Source: Candidatus Kuenenia stuttgartensis
GTDB lineage: Bacteria > Planctomycetota > Planctomycetia > Pirellulales > UBA1268
DNA: 64,000 nt
Reading direction: 5' to 3'
Assembly: GCA_945897435.1 (NCBI GenBank)
Contig: CAMDFJ010000004.1
Span: 10,316 to 74,315, forward strand
Shown piece after piece: positions 49,008 through 58,813 of the stretch. The notes under the pieces are model-generated. The model saw only the letters and a list, made by a program, of their open reading frames with translations, did no database searches and had not been told where the DNA came from. Numbering within the stretch: position 1 is the stretch's first letter; every line of letters starts with the position of its first letter. Position numbers and translations under genes: made by a program.

Positions 49008-49068
49008 GGAGGCGTCGCCCACTTCCGGGCGGAGCCCGGCAAGGCTGCACGGGCCATGGATGGCCGTG
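49008..49068. repeat. 61-bp direct repeat, copy 1
   Basis: GGAGGCGTCGCCCACTTCCGGGCGGAGCCCGGCAAGGCTGCACGGGCCATGGATGGCCGTG. Identical to 49104-49164. Confidence 0.95.
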
Positions 49069-49103
49069 ACTCCGGGTCGACACGGCCGAACGACTGCGAC
49101 GCT

Positions 49104-49164
49104 GGAGGCGTCGCCCACTTCCGGGCGGAGCCCGGCAAGGCTGCACGGGCCATGGATGGCCGTG
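49104..49164. repeat. 61-bp direct repeat, copy 2
   Basis: Perfect copy of 49008-49068, separated from it by a 35-bp spacer. Ends 11 nt before the stop codon of the upstream (minus-strand) gene. Confidence 0.95.
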
Positions 49165-49175
49165 CAGCCGTGAAA

Positions 49176-50306
49176 CTAGTACACGCCCACAGTCGTCGCG
49201 CCGGCCAGGGCCCTGAACGGGCGGACGCCGCTGATTCCGTCCCAGGGGTACTTTGCATAGGGAAGTTCCCGTTCCCCCTCGTCGCGTTCGAGGAAACCCG
49301 GCACGAAGGTCTCTTTCGTGAGCGTGGTCAACTTGACCCGTCCGGTGCCGCCGTAGGGCACGACGGAGTTCGTGTCGTCGAAGTTCACCACCTCGATCAC
49401 GGCCCTGGGCTGCGGGGCGTAGTAGGCGATCGTGTAGCCGTCGGCCGGCACGACCGGCCGCGAGGCGGCCAGGCCCATCAGTGTGTTGCCGTAGGTGGGC
49501 GTCATGTAGGCGCCGTCGAGCAGTTCCTCGACCGCGAACCGGGTCCACTGGGGCGTGAACTCGGTGCCGCCGGAGAAGATGCCCGTGATCCCCGCCTTGC
49601 GGATCGTCGTGCCCTTCTTTTCCAGGGCGAGGGCGAGGGACTCGAGCAGTTTCGGGGTGGTGAACATGCAGCGGACATCGTGCCCCGCCTCGAGGATCGT
49701 GATCACCTGGTCGATGCAGTGCTGCTTGTAGGCCTCGAGATGCTCCATCCAGCCCTTCTGGATCAGTTTGATGACCCAACGGGGATCGAGATCGACGCAG
49801 AAGCAGATGCCACCGCGAAACTGGGCCAGGTGTTCGATCGACAGCCGCAGTCGGCGGGGACCGCTGGGGCCGAGCATCAGCCAGTTGGCTCCGCGGGGAA
49901 AAAACTCCTCCGGCAGCGTGTCGCTGAATTGCTCGTAGTCGGTGCGGAAGTCGCGGATGTTGACCCGCGACTTGGGAACGCCGGTCGTGCCGCCCGTCTC
50001 GAAGACGTAGGCTGGCTGGTCGGCGAAGCCCTTCGGTATCCAGCGGCGAACCGGGCCCCCGCGGAGCCACTCATCCTCGAACGGAGGAAACTTTTTCAGG
50101 TCGTCGTAACAGCCGACCTCCTTGATCGGGTCGAAGCTGAGCGAGCGGGCGTAGTCGAGCCAGAACGGGCAGCCGGTCGAGGGGTGGAAATGCCAGGCCA
50201 TCATCTCCACGGTGTGGGCGTCGAGCGCCGCCCGTGCCCCCGCAACGGCAGCATCGTCGGCGACCTCGAACACGGGAGGCTTGGCGGTGGAGTTGACCGT
50301 GGCCAT
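49176..50306 (-). CDS. Adenylate-forming enzyme (PaaK / coenzyme-F390-synthetase / LuxE-like)
   Basis: P-loop-like 'FETGGTTGVPKS' near residue 105 and 'TPTYGNTLMG' (YGxTE-like). 376 aa. GAGGA lies 8 nt upstream of the ATG. Confidence 0.8.
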   Translation of the reverse strand: MATVNSTAKPPVFEVADDAAVAGARAALDAHTVEMMAWHFHPSTGCPFWLDYARSLSFDPIKEVGCYDDLKKFPPFEDEWLRGGPVRRWIPKGFADQPAYVFETGGTTGVPKSRVNIRDFRTDYEQFSDTLPEEFFPRGANWLMLGPSGPRRLRLSIEHLAQFRGGICFCVDLDPRWVIKLIQKGWMEHLEAYKQHCIDQVITILEAGHDVRCMFTTPKLLESLALALEKKGTTIRKAGITGIFSGGTEFTPQWTRFAVEELLDGAYMTPTYGNTLMGLAASRPVVPADGYTIAYYAPQPRAVIEVVNFDDTNSVVPYGGTGRVKLTTLTKETFVPGFLERDEGERELPYAKYPWDGISGVRPFRALAGATTVGVY

Positions 50307-50377
50307 GGAAAGATCCTCGTTGTGAAAAGATGCTGGGGAAATCGAGACCGTGAACCTGCGGGCGGAGGGACTGGGTT

Positions 50378-50908
50378 TCAGGCGTCGGCTGGGTTGCCAC
50401 CCGTCGGCAGCGGCGCCCCGAGCTGGGCGAAGAGTTGCAGCACGCCGTTGAAGTGGGCCAGTCGCGGCCCGTAGCGGTCGATGAATTCGCCGAGAGCATA
50501 CTCGCTGTCAGTGAAGTCCTCGGCGTTCTCCGCGGCATCGCGGGCGATCCCGGCAAGGAACTCGACATGCACCTTGGCGAGCGACTCGGCCGCGCGGCGA
50601 CAGGACCGGGCGAGTTCGGGGTTCGCCTCCTTCCAGGCCTTGAGTTCGGCGACCCGCTGTCGCTGCTGGAGCGACACCTGATTGACCAGTTCCACGAGCA
50701 GGTCGCAGGAACGCATCTGCACGGCGAGCATCTCCCGAAGGAGCCTGTTCGTTTCGGCGGCATCGGCCGCGGCTGCGGGCCCCGTGGCGACCGAACTGGC
50801 GGAGATATCGACCTGGGTGAATCCGGGGGGGCCGTTGTGCATGATGGCGTCCAATCTGCGCGAGGGTGAATACCGCCAGACCTCCGGTATCGTAGGCAGA
50901 GCGGTCAT
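50378..50908 (-). CDS. Hypothetical, predicted mostly helical protein (first gene of the operon)
   Basis: 'NRLLREMLAVQMRSCDLLVELVNQVSLQQRQRVAELKAWKEANPELARS...'. No motif recognised. Start is uncertain (ATG 50908 or 50842). Confidence 0.5.
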   Translation of the reverse strand: MTALPTIPEVWRYSPSRRLDAIMHNGPPGFTQVDISASSVATGPAAAADAAETNRLLREMLAVQMRSCDLLVELVNQVSLQQRQRVAELKAWKEANPELARSCRRAAESLAKVHVEFLAGIARDAAENAEDFTDSEYALGEFIDRYGPRLAHFNGVLQLFAQLGAPLPTGGNPADA

Positions 50909-51059
50909 CCTTTTCCACGAAGCGGCGGGATTTTCGCGGCAACCGTCAGGGTTTTCCCAGCTTCCATCCCTCGCCGGAAGATTCCATTCCTGTCCTTCGC
51001 GACCCGCAGCCTCCGGTGCCTTTGAAGGCCGCAGCTCAAGTGCAGTCTCCCGACACCCG

Positions 51060-51596
51060 ATGGTTGGAGCGATGGCCAACAGCACGCAGCAGCAAGTCGA
51101 TCAGGCCTATGGCTTCCTGACGACGGTCGATTCGCCTTCCCACGGCCTGTTCGGGGGTTACCTGATCGTCGATCTCGAGGGTCGGCCGCTGGAGTTTCAC
51201 TGCACGGCCCCGGTGCGGGTCTCGCGGGCCCAGCAGATCCTCTACGGGGCGACCCTCCACGGGCATCTGCACGGCAGACAGATCGGCGGCACGCTGCTGG
51301 CGGAGGGGGGCGTCGTGCCGAGGCTCGTGTTGACCGATCAGGAGCCGCTGCTGCAGGCCCGGCCGCATACCCAGTTGCCGCTGGCCCTCGTGACGGCCTC
51401 GCAGGGGGCGGAACAGGCCGGGCCGACCGCCCATGCTGGCTTCAGTCTCGGCAGCCTGACGGTCGTGCCACATGCCACCGACCGGGCCGACGAAACAGTT
51501 TTGCGGGAGCATCTCGAGGGACTCATCCAGGCGGTCGATCTCAACGAGCCCTTCGAACGGATCCGGGCCGCGATCGAAGAGGCGCAGCGGCATTAG
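51060..51596 (+). CDS. Hypothetical 178-aa protein upstream of the SNF2 helicase
   Basis: Non-repetitive sequence with a conserved-looking core 'GLFGGYLIVDLEGRPLEFHCTAPVRVSRAQQILYGATL'. Alternative ATG at 51072. Its stop lies 31 nt before the SNF2 start. Confidence 0.6.
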   Translation: MVGAMANSTQQQVDQAYGFLTTVDSPSHGLFGGYLIVDLEGRPLEFHCTAPVRVSRAQQILYGATLHGHLHGRQIGGTLLAEGGVVPRLVLTDQEPLLQARPHTQLPLALVTASQGAEQAGPTAHAGFSLGSLTVVPHATDRADETVLREHLEGLIQAVDLNEPFERIRAAIEEAQRH

Positions 51597-51626
51597 GCAG
51601 CGGCATTCGTCTGCCGGCGGAGAGCG

Positions 51627-53402
51627 ATGGCGACCCCAGACACACCCGCTCCCGGAGCGGTCCAACGAGTGCAGTCATGGCGGGCCACCGAGGTCGTCCT
51701 GCCAACGACCGGGATCCTGTCGCGGATGGTCTGTCAACTGCCGACGCCAGCGGCGCTGCGGCTGCCGATCGGAGTCTCCAGGCCGACCGCGACCACCGTT
51801 CCGCTGCTCGAGGCGAGGCCGGCCGTGGAGCGGTTTCTGTTCTCCGGGCAGGCTGCGGCGGCACCGCCATCCCGGCCGCCGGTCCGGCCCAGGATCGCGG
51901 CCCCGTCGCTTCCCGCCGAGGCCTCGGCCGACGCCGCCGATCCAGCGCTCCGCCGCCGCACCCGGATCGCGCCGCCCAGGGATGTCGTCAAGCGATCGGA
52001 GCGGTTTTTCTTTCTGCTCCAGCCCGACCTGGAGACGATTCTGGAGACCAGTCGGCTGGAGTTTCCCCGGCAGCCGTTCCCGTTCCAGTTCGACGGCATG
52101 GCCTTTCTCGTGCCGCGGCATGCCGCCGTGCTGGCCGACGAGATGGGACTCGGCAAATCGATGCAGGCGATCTCGTCGCTGCGGCTTCTGATCCGTTCCG
52201 GCGAGGCGCGACGGGTGCTCGTCGTCTGCCCGAAGGGTCTGGTCTCGAACTGGGCTCGGGAACTCGCCGACTGGGCGCCGGAACTCGTGGTGGCGGTGAT
52301 CGAGGGGGATCAGCGGCGTCGCCAATGGCAGTGGTCGCTGCCCGAGGTGCCGGTGAAACTGGCCAACTACGAGGTGGTGGTCCGCGACCGCGATCTGGTC
52401 GCCGAACTGGGCCTGGAGTTCGACCTCGTGGTTCTCGACGAGGCCCAGCGGATCAAGAATCGCGACAGCCAGACGAGCCAATCGGTGCGGGCTCTGCGGC
52501 GCGGCCGCAGCTGGGCGCTGACAGGCACGCCCGTCGAAAACAGCGCCGACGACATCGTCGGCCTGTTCGAGTTCGTGGCCCCGGGGCATCTCAACGACCG
52601 CATGTCGCCCCGGGAGCTCGGGGCCGCAGCCGCCGACCACGTCCTGCGGCGAACGAAAGACAAGGTGCTCAAGGACATGCCGCCGCGGCTCAACCGCGAC
52701 GAGCGGATCGAGCTCACCGCCGAGCAGCGGGAGACCTATCGAAGGGCGGAGGAGGAGGGGGTGCTGCGGCTCGCCGGACTCGGCCAGCAGGCCACGATCC
52801 AGCACGTCTTCGAACTCGTCCTTCGACTCAAGCAGATCTGCAACTTCGACACCGCGACCGGCGAGAGCGCGAAACTCGACCGGCTCGAGGCCGAACTGGA
52901 AGAGATCCACGCCAGTGGGAAAAAGTCGCTCGTCTTCAGCCAGTGGGTGGCGACACTCGGCCGGCTGCGGGAGCGGCTGTCGCGGTTTGGCGCCATCGAA
53001 TATCACGGCGGCATGTCGACCATCGCCCGCGATGATTGTCTCCGTCGCTTCAAGAACGACAGCCAGCACGGCGTACTGCTCCTCTCCTATGGGGCGGGGG
53101 CTGTCGGCCTCAACCTGCAGTTTTCCCAATACGTCTTCCTCTTCGATCGCTGGTGGAATCCCGCCGTCGAGGATCAGGCGATCAACCGGGCCCACAGGAT
53201 CGGGGCCGCGGGCGCCGTCACCGTGACCCGGTATCTGTCCGTCGACACGATCGAGGAGCGGATCGACGAGGTGCTGCGGTCGAAGCGGGATCTCTCCGAC
53301 ACGATCCTCTCGCAGGCCGAACCGCCCGCCGCCAGCGGCCTGACGGCCGAAGAGATCTTCGCGCTCTTCAGGCTCTCCCCGCCACGACGGGCCGCCGCCT
53401 AG
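51627..53402 (+). CDS. SNF2-family DEAD/DEAH-box helicase (ATP-dependent translocase)
   Basis: Motif I 'LADEMGLGKSMQ', motif II 'VVLDEAQRIKN', 'ALTGTPVEN', and C-terminal helicase 'LVFSQW', 'GAGAVGLNL', 'WWNPAVEDQAINRAHRIG'. The N-terminal ~140 aa are Pro/Ala-rich with no recognised domain. Confidence 0.88.
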   Translation: MATPDTPAPGAVQRVQSWRATEVVLPTTGILSRMVCQLPTPAALRLPIGVSRPTATTVPLLEARPAVERFLFSGQAAAAPPSRPPVRPRIAAPSLPAEASADAADPALRRRTRIAPPRDVVKRSERFFFLLQPDLETILETSRLEFPRQPFPFQFDGMAFLVPRHAAVLADEMGLGKSMQAISSLRLLIRSGEARRVLVVCPKGLVSNWARELADWAPELVVAVIEGDQRRRQWQWSLPEVPVKLANYEVVVRDRDLVAELGLEFDLVVLDEAQRIKNRDSQTSQSVRALRRGRSWALTGTPVENSADDIVGLFEFVAPGHLNDRMSPRELGAAAADHVLRRTKDKVLKDMPPRLNRDERIELTAEQRETYRRAEEEGVLRLAGLGQQATIQHVFELVLRLKQICNFDTATGESAKLDRLEAELEEIHASGKKSLVFSQWVATLGRLRERLSRFGAIEYHGGMSTIARDDCLRRFKNDSQHGVLLLSYGAGAVGLNLQFSQYVFLFDRWWNPAVEDQAINRAHRIGAAGAVTVTRYLSVDTIEERIDEVLRSKRDLSDTILSQAEPPAASGLTAEEIFALFRLSPPRRAAA

Positions 53403-53541
53403 CAGGCCGGGGAAGCCGAGCTATCGGGTGCTCTCCGTGGAGACGGTAGACTCTTCCAGCGGGTCTGAAACGTTTTCTCCCGGTCGCCATCCGCGTCGGC
53501 TTGCGTCCGTATCGATTCCCTCTTCATCGCTGTCCTCCATC

Positions 53542-55131
53542 ATGCAATCCCTTTCCGGCCAGTCCTTCATCGGTTTCGCCCGCAGCCAGTCGGCCGGACC
53601 GGTCCAGCGGTGCGTCAACCCTGCCACCGCGACCGAGCTGCCGACAGATTTCTTTCAGGCAACCCCTGCCGATCTCGAACAGGCCTGCAGCCTGGCCCTG
53701 GCCGCCACACCAGTGCTCGCCGGGCTCAGTGGCGGACAGAAGGCCGAATTCCTCCACGGGATCGCGATTCGGATCGAAGCCGCGACCCCGGATCTCGTCT
53801 CCCGCGCAACCCAGGAGACCGGGCTCCCGGAGGCCCGTTGCCAGGGGGAGATCGGACGCACGATCGGCCAGCTCCGCCTCTTCGCCGACCTCGTCGCCGC
53901 GGGTGATTGGATCGACGCCCGGATCGAGACGGCCGATCCCGACCGCAAGCCCCTGCCAAAGCCCGATCATCGTTCGATGCTCCGCCCGCTCGGGCCGATC
54001 GCCGTGTTCTGCGCCAGCAATTTCCCCTTCGCCTACTCCGTTGCCGGAGGTGACACGGCCTCGGCGTTCGCCGCCGGCTGTCCGGTCATCGTGATGGCCC
54101 ACCATGCCCACAGCGGCACGGCCGAGATCATGGGCGGGCTGGTGGTGGATGCCGTTCGTGCCAGCGGCCTGCCCGAAGGGACGTTTTCGATGCTCATGGG
54201 GAGTGGCCGTGTCGTGGGGCAGCAACTCGCCAAACACCCCGTCATTCGCGGCGTCGGCTTTACCGGATCGCGAGCGGGAGGGCGTGCCCTGATGGACACC
54301 GCCGCGGCCCGGCCGGTGCCGATTCCCGTGTACGCCGAAATGAGCAGCGTGAACCCTGTCGTCCTTCTGGATGGGGCGATCGCCTCACGTGGGGATACGA
54401 TAGCCGCGGGACTGGCCGCCTCCTGCACCCTCGGTGTCGGACAATTCTGCACCCAGCCTGGCCTGATCATTCTCGAGCGGACAGCCGCCTCCGAGGCCTT
54501 TGTGACGAAACTCGGCCAGCTCTTCGCCGCGGCGGCGGAGGGCACGATGCTGACGGCCGGCATCCATCAGGCCTATGTCGACGGTCTTGCCGTCCGAGCC
54601 GCGCGGGCCGGCGTCAGTCTGGTCGCTCGCGGCACATCGGGCGGCCAGCCCAACCGCGCAACGCCGACGCTCTTCGCCACATCGGCAAAGGCCTTCATCG
54701 CCGACGGCAGTCTTCAGGAGGAGATCTTCGGTCCCTGCTCGCTCGTGGTCTGGTGCGAGAACGCAGCTGAACGCAGGCAGGTCGTGGCGGCCCTCCATGG
54801 AAGCCTGACCGCCACCGTTCACGCGACCGATGCCGAACTCGGCACGAACGCCGACCTGATCGGCCAGCTCGAGGCCATGGCGGGGCGGGTGGTCGTGAAC
54901 GGCTTTCCGACCGGCGTGGAAGTCTCGCATGCGATCGTGCACGGCGGCCCCTACCCGTCGCTCTCGGACGGTCGCACGACCTCCGTCGGCTCCAACGCCA
55001 TCTACCGCTTCACGCGTCTCGTCTGCTATCAGAACTTCCCCGACGCCGCCCTCCCCGCCGAACTGCGGGCGGCGAACCCGCTGGGCATTTCCCGACTCGT
55101 GAACGGCGTTCGCCAATCGGGCTCCATCTAG
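53542..55131 (+). CDS. Aldehyde dehydrogenase, 2,5-dioxovalerate (alpha-ketoglutarate semialdehyde) dehydrogenase-like
   Basis: '[32 protein letters not shown]', 'GFTGSRAGG', '[10 protein letters not shown]' match the KGSADH-type ALDH layout. Sits in the glucarate cluster. Start at ATG 53542. Confidence 0.85.
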   Translation: MQSLSGQSFIGFARSQSAGPVQRCVNPATATELPTDFFQATPADLEQACSLALAATPVLAGLSGGQKAEFLHGIAIRIEAATPDLVSRATQETGLPEARCQGEIGRTIGQLRLFADLVAAGDWIDARIETADPDRKPLPKPDHRSMLRPLGPIAVFCASNFPFAYSVAGGDTASAFAAGCPVIVMAHHAHSGTAEIMGGLVVDAVRASGLPEGTFSMLMGSGRVVGQQLAKHPVIRGVGFTGSRAGGRALMDTAAARPVPIPVYAEMSSVNPVVLLDGAIASRGDTIAAGLAASCTLGVGQFCTQPGLIILERTAASEAFVTKLGQLFAAAAEGTMLTAGIHQAYVDGLAVRAARAGVSLVARGTSGGQPNRATPTLFATSAKAFIADGSLQEEIFGPCSLVVWCENAAERRQVVAALHGSLTATVHATDAELGTNADLIGQLEAMAGRVVVNGFPTGVEVSHAIVHGGPYPSLSDGRTTSVGSNAIYRFTRLVCYQNFPDAALPAELRAANPLGISRLVNGVRQSGSI

Positions 55132-55163
55132 AACCTCCTCCTCAGAAGGACCCCAGGTGCCCG

Positions 55164-56087
55164 ATGCCTCCTTCCATGTCTCCTCTCGAACTCCAGAACA
55201 TCCTCTCCGCCGGCCTGCTCTCATTCCCAATCACCGACTTCACCCCCGCTGGTGAGTTCAACCCCGCCGGGTACGCCGATCGCCTGCGCTGGCTGGCGCC
55301 GTATGGCGCCTCGGCGCTCTTCGCCGCCGGCGGCACGGGAGAATATTTCTCGCTCGAACCGCGGGAATACTCTGCCGTCATCAGGACCGCGGTCGAGACC
55401 TGTGACGGCCTCGTGCCGATCCTCGCAGGTGCCGGCGGTCCGACCAGGGTGGCGATCCAATACGCCCAGGAGGCCGAGCGGCTCGGTGCAAAGGGGATCC
55501 TGCTGCTCCCGCATTACCTGACCGAGACGAATCAGGACGGTGTCGCGGCGCACGTCGAGCAGGTCTGTCGGTCTGTCAGGCTTGGAGTCGTGGTCTACAA
55601 CCGGAACGTCTGCCGCCTGCAGCCGCATCATCTTGAGAAGCTGGCCGACAGCAATCCCAACCTGATCGGCTACAAGGACGGTCTCGGCGACATCGAACTG
55701 ATGGTCTCGATCCGCCGTCGGCTGGGGAGCCGGCTCTGTTACCTCGGCGGCCTGCCGACGGCGGAGGTCTACGCCGCCGCCTACAAGGCGATGGGCGTGC
55801 CGGTCTACTCGTCGGCCGTCTTCAATTTCATTCCTCAGACCGCGATCGATTTCTACCGCGCCGTCGCGGCTGACGACTTTGCCACGCAGAATCGCCTGCT
55901 CGACAGCTTCTTCCTGCCCTACCTCGAAATCCGCAACAAGAGCGCCGGCTACGCTGTCAGCATCGTCAAGGCCGGCGCCAGGATCGTCGGCCACGACGGG
56001 GGGCCGGTTCGCCCACCCTTGACCGACCTCAAGCCCGCTGAGATGGAACAGCTCGCCGGGCTCATCGCGGAGGCGGGGGTGGGCTGA
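55164..56087 (+). CDS. kdgD: 5-dehydro-4-deoxyglucarate dehydratase (DHDPS/NAL family)
   Basis: '[10 protein letters not shown]', '[13 protein letters not shown]', 'IGYKDGLGD' (Schiff-base Lys region). Confidence 0.88.
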   Translation: MPPSMSPLELQNILSAGLLSFPITDFTPAGEFNPAGYADRLRWLAPYGASALFAAGGTGEYFSLEPREYSAVIRTAVETCDGLVPILAGAGGPTRVAIQYAQEAERLGAKGILLLPHYLTETNQDGVAAHVEQVCRSVRLGVVVYNRNVCRLQPHHLEKLADSNPNLIGYKDGLGDIELMVSIRRRLGSRLCYLGGLPTAEVYAAAYKAMGVPVYSSAVFNFIPQTAIDFYRAVAADDFATQNRLLDSFFLPYLEIRNKSAGYAVSIVKAGARIVGHDGGPVRPPLTDLKPAEMEQLAGLIAEAGVG

Positions 56088-56189
56088 TTTTTGCCAGGCC
56101 AGTCTGATTCGAGAGCCGCCGGGCAGTCCTGAGACGGCGGCTCTGGTGACCTTCAAACCCGATCGCAGAGCCTTCCACGAGCAGAAGCC

Positions 56190-57473
56190 TTGGACGACGT
56201 GACCGACCTCCAGAATCACCCGCTCTCCGTCGCGGTCTCGAAGGTCAAGTGGCGGATCCTGCCGCTGTTCATCGTGATGTTCATCGTGAACTACGTCGAT
56301 CGGGTGAACGTCAGTTTCATCAAGGAACAGCTGACACTCGATCTCGGCCTGAACGACGAGGCATTCGGATTCGGGGCCGGACTGTTCTTCGTCGGCTACG
56401 CGCTGTTCGAAGTCCCCTCGAACATGATGCTCCAGTGGCTCGGGGCCCGACGCTGGCTGGCGATCATCGCCCTGCTCTGGGGCGGCTTTGCGACCTGCAT
56501 GGCCTTCGTGCGGACCCCAGAGGCGTTTTATTGGCTTCGCTTCTTCCTCGGTGCCGCCGAAGCCGGTTTCTTCCCGGGAGTGATCTACTTCTTCACCCGC
56601 TGGCTGCCCTCGGCCGAACGCGGCAAGGCGATCGCCCTCTTTCTGAGTGGTTCTGCGATCGCCTCGATCATCTCCGGCCCGCTTTCAGGCTACCTCCTGC
56701 AGTTCCAGCCCTACGGACTCAAAGGATGGCAGTTCATGATCGTGGCCGAAGGCGCCGTCTCCGTGATCCTGGCCATCTTCACCTGGTTCTGGCTGGATTC
56801 GACGCCCGGCGAAGCCCGTTGGCTTTCCGAGAGCGAACGACTCGCCCTGACGGACAGGCTCCGGGCGGAGGCGCAGGCAGTCAGACAGCGGCCCGAAATC
56901 TGGGAAGTGCTCGGAAGCGGCCTGCAGTTGGCGCTCTTCTGCCTGATCTACTTCGCCATCCAGTTGACGATCTACGCCGCGACCTTCTGGCTCCCCACGA
57001 TCATTCGCTCCATGGGAACGCTCACTGACATGCAGGTGGGCTGGCTGAATTCGCTCCCCTGGATCATTTCCATCTTCGGGATGTATCTGGCCGCGGCTGG
57101 GGCGGCCCGCTGGAAACATCAGCAGGCCTGGGTTGCCGGCGCCCTGCTCGTCGCCGGAGTTGGCATGCTGTTCGCCACCGTCGGCGGTCCGTTCTTCGCC
57201 TTCACGGCGATCTGTTTCGCCGCCCTCGGGTTCAAGTCGGCCGCGTCACTCTTCTGGCCGATCCCGCAGGGCTACTTCGACGCCCGAATTTCCGCCGTGG
57301 CGATCGCCCTGATCAATTCGCTCGGAAATCTCGGCGGCTTCGTGGCGCCCTACGCATTCGGCGTGCTCAAGCAGCAGACCGGCTCGATTCAGGGGGGCCT
57401 CTACGGGCTCGCCGTGACGTCAGTCCTCGCCGCCGGCCTGGTCTTTCTCACCCGCACCAAACCCCGATCCTAG
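56190..57473 (+). CDS. MFS transporter, anion:cation symporter family (glucarate/galactarate/hexuronate-type)
   Basis: '[15 protein letters not shown]', '[26 protein letters not shown]' are typical of ACS-family acid-sugar permeases. TTG start is uncertain. Confidence 0.85.
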   Translation: MDDVTDLQNHPLSVAVSKVKWRILPLFIVMFIVNYVDRVNVSFIKEQLTLDLGLNDEAFGFGAGLFFVGYALFEVPSNMMLQWLGARRWLAIIALLWGGFATCMAFVRTPEAFYWLRFFLGAAEAGFFPGVIYFFTRWLPSAERGKAIALFLSGSAIASIISGPLSGYLLQFQPYGLKGWQFMIVAEGAVSVILAIFTWFWLDSTPGEARWLSESERLALTDRLRAEAQAVRQRPEIWEVLGSGLQLALFCLIYFAIQLTIYAATFWLPTIIRSMGTLTDMQVGWLNSLPWIISIFGMYLAAAGAARWKHQQAWVAGALLVAGVGMLFATVGGPFFAFTAICFAALGFKSAASLFWPIPQGYFDARISAVAIALINSLGNLGGFVAPYAFGVLKQQTGSIQGGLYGLAVTSVLAAGLVFLTRTKPRS

Positions 57474-57490
57474 CGGACGTCCGTTCTCAC

Positions 57491-58813
57491 ATGACCCCAG
57501 TCGTCGAATCGATCCGCGTCGTGCCAGTGGCCGGGCACGACAGCATGCTGCTCAATCTGAGCGGGGCCCACGGGCCCTTCTTCACCCGCAATATCGTCCT
57601 GATCAGGGATAGCTCCGGCCACACCGGCCTCGGCGAGGTTCCCGGTGGCGAGAAGATCCGGCAGACGATCGAGGACGCCACGCCCTTTCTCATCGGAGAG
57701 GAGATCGGCCGCTACGAACATCTGCTTGCGACCGTCGGCCAGACGTTCTCCGATCGCGACTCGGGTGGCCGTGGCCTGCAGACGTTCGATCTGCGGGTGA
57801 CGATCCATGCCGTCACGGCCATCGAATCGGCCCTTCTCGACCTCCTCGGCCAACATCTCGACAAGCCCGTCGCGGCCCTGTTGGGCAGGGGCCAGCAGCG
57901 GTCCGAGGTCGAGATGCTCGGCTATCTGTTCTTCATCGGCGACCGACGCCGGACGACGCTCGGATACCGTGATGAGGCCGACTCTCCCCACGCCTGGCAT
58001 CGCCTGCGAAATGAAGAGGCCCTGACGCCGGAATCGATCGTCCGGCAGGCCGAGGCCGCCCAGGAGCGATTCGGCTTCCAGGACTTCAAGCTCAAGGGGG
58101 GCGTGCTCAGCCCGGCCCGTGAAATCGAGGCTGTGCGGGCCCTCGCCTCGCGCTTTGCGGGGGCCCGAATCACCCTCGATCCCAACGGCGCCTGGCGGCT
58201 CGGGGAAGCCATCGAGGCCTGCCGGAATCTCAGCGGCGTGCTTGCCTATGCCGAAGATCCCTGCGGCGCCGAAGACGGCTTCTCCGGACGTGAAATCCTG
58301 GCCGAGTTCAAACAGGCCACCGGTCTCCGCACCGCCACGAACATGGTGGCCACCGACTGGCGGCAGTTCGGGCACGCCCTCAAACTCGGGGCCGTCGACA
58401 TCCCGCTCGCCGACCCGCACTTCTGGACCATGCGGGGCTCGGTCAAGGTCGCCCAGGTCTGCGAGGAGCACGGACTCACCTGGGGTTCGCACTCCAACAA
58501 CCATTTCGACATCTCGCTCGCCATGTTCACCCACGTGGGAGCTGCCGCGCCGGGCGATGTCACCGCCATGGACACCCATTGGATCTGGCAGGAAGGGCAG
58601 CGGCTCACCAGGGAGCCGTTGCGGATCAAGGGGGGCAGGATCGCGGTTCCCGAGAAACCGGGCCTCGGGATCGAGATCGATCCGGCCCGACTCGAGGCCG
58701 CCCACCAGCTCTACGGCAGGCTCCCCTCAGGCTCGCGGGACGACGCCGTCGGCATGCAGTTCCTGATCCCCGGTTGGAAGTTTGATCACAAGAAGCCCTG
58801 CATGCTGCGGTAG
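57491..58813 (+). CDS. gudD: Glucarate dehydratase (enolase superfamily)
   Basis: '[17 protein letters not shown]', 'FKLKGG', 'LDPNGAW', 'YAEDPC', 'ATNM' are characteristic GudD blocks. Confidence 0.92.
   Translation: MTPVVESIRVVPVAGHDSMLLNLSGAHGPFFTRNIVLIRDSSGHTGLGEVPGGEKIRQTIEDATPFLIGEEIGRYEHLLATVGQTFSDRDSGGRGLQTFDLRVTIHAVTAIESALLDLLGQHLDKPVAALLGRGQQRSEVEMLGYLFFIGDRRRTTLGYRDEADSPHAWHRLRNEEALTPESIVRQAEAAQERFGFQDFKLKGGVLSPAREIEAVRALASRFAGARITLDPNGAWRLGEAIEACRNLSGVLAYAEDPCGAEDGFSGREILAEFKQATGLRTATNMVATDWRQFGHALKLGAVDIPLADPHFWTMRGSVKVAQVCEEHGLTWGSHSNNHFDISLAMFTHVGAAAPGDVTAMDTHWIWQEGQRLTREPLRIKGGRIAVPEKPGLGIEIDPARLEAAHQLYGRLPSGSRDDAVGMQFLIPGWKFDHKKPCMLR

Noticed and set aside
48903-49258. ORFs on both strands reading through the 61-bp repeats, giving a duplicated peptide 'GVAHFRAEPGKAARAMDGR'
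   Set aside because: The duplicated peptide is simply the translation of the DNA repeat. There is no start context and the ORFs continue antisense into the flanking real genes. The region is treated as non-coding repeat.
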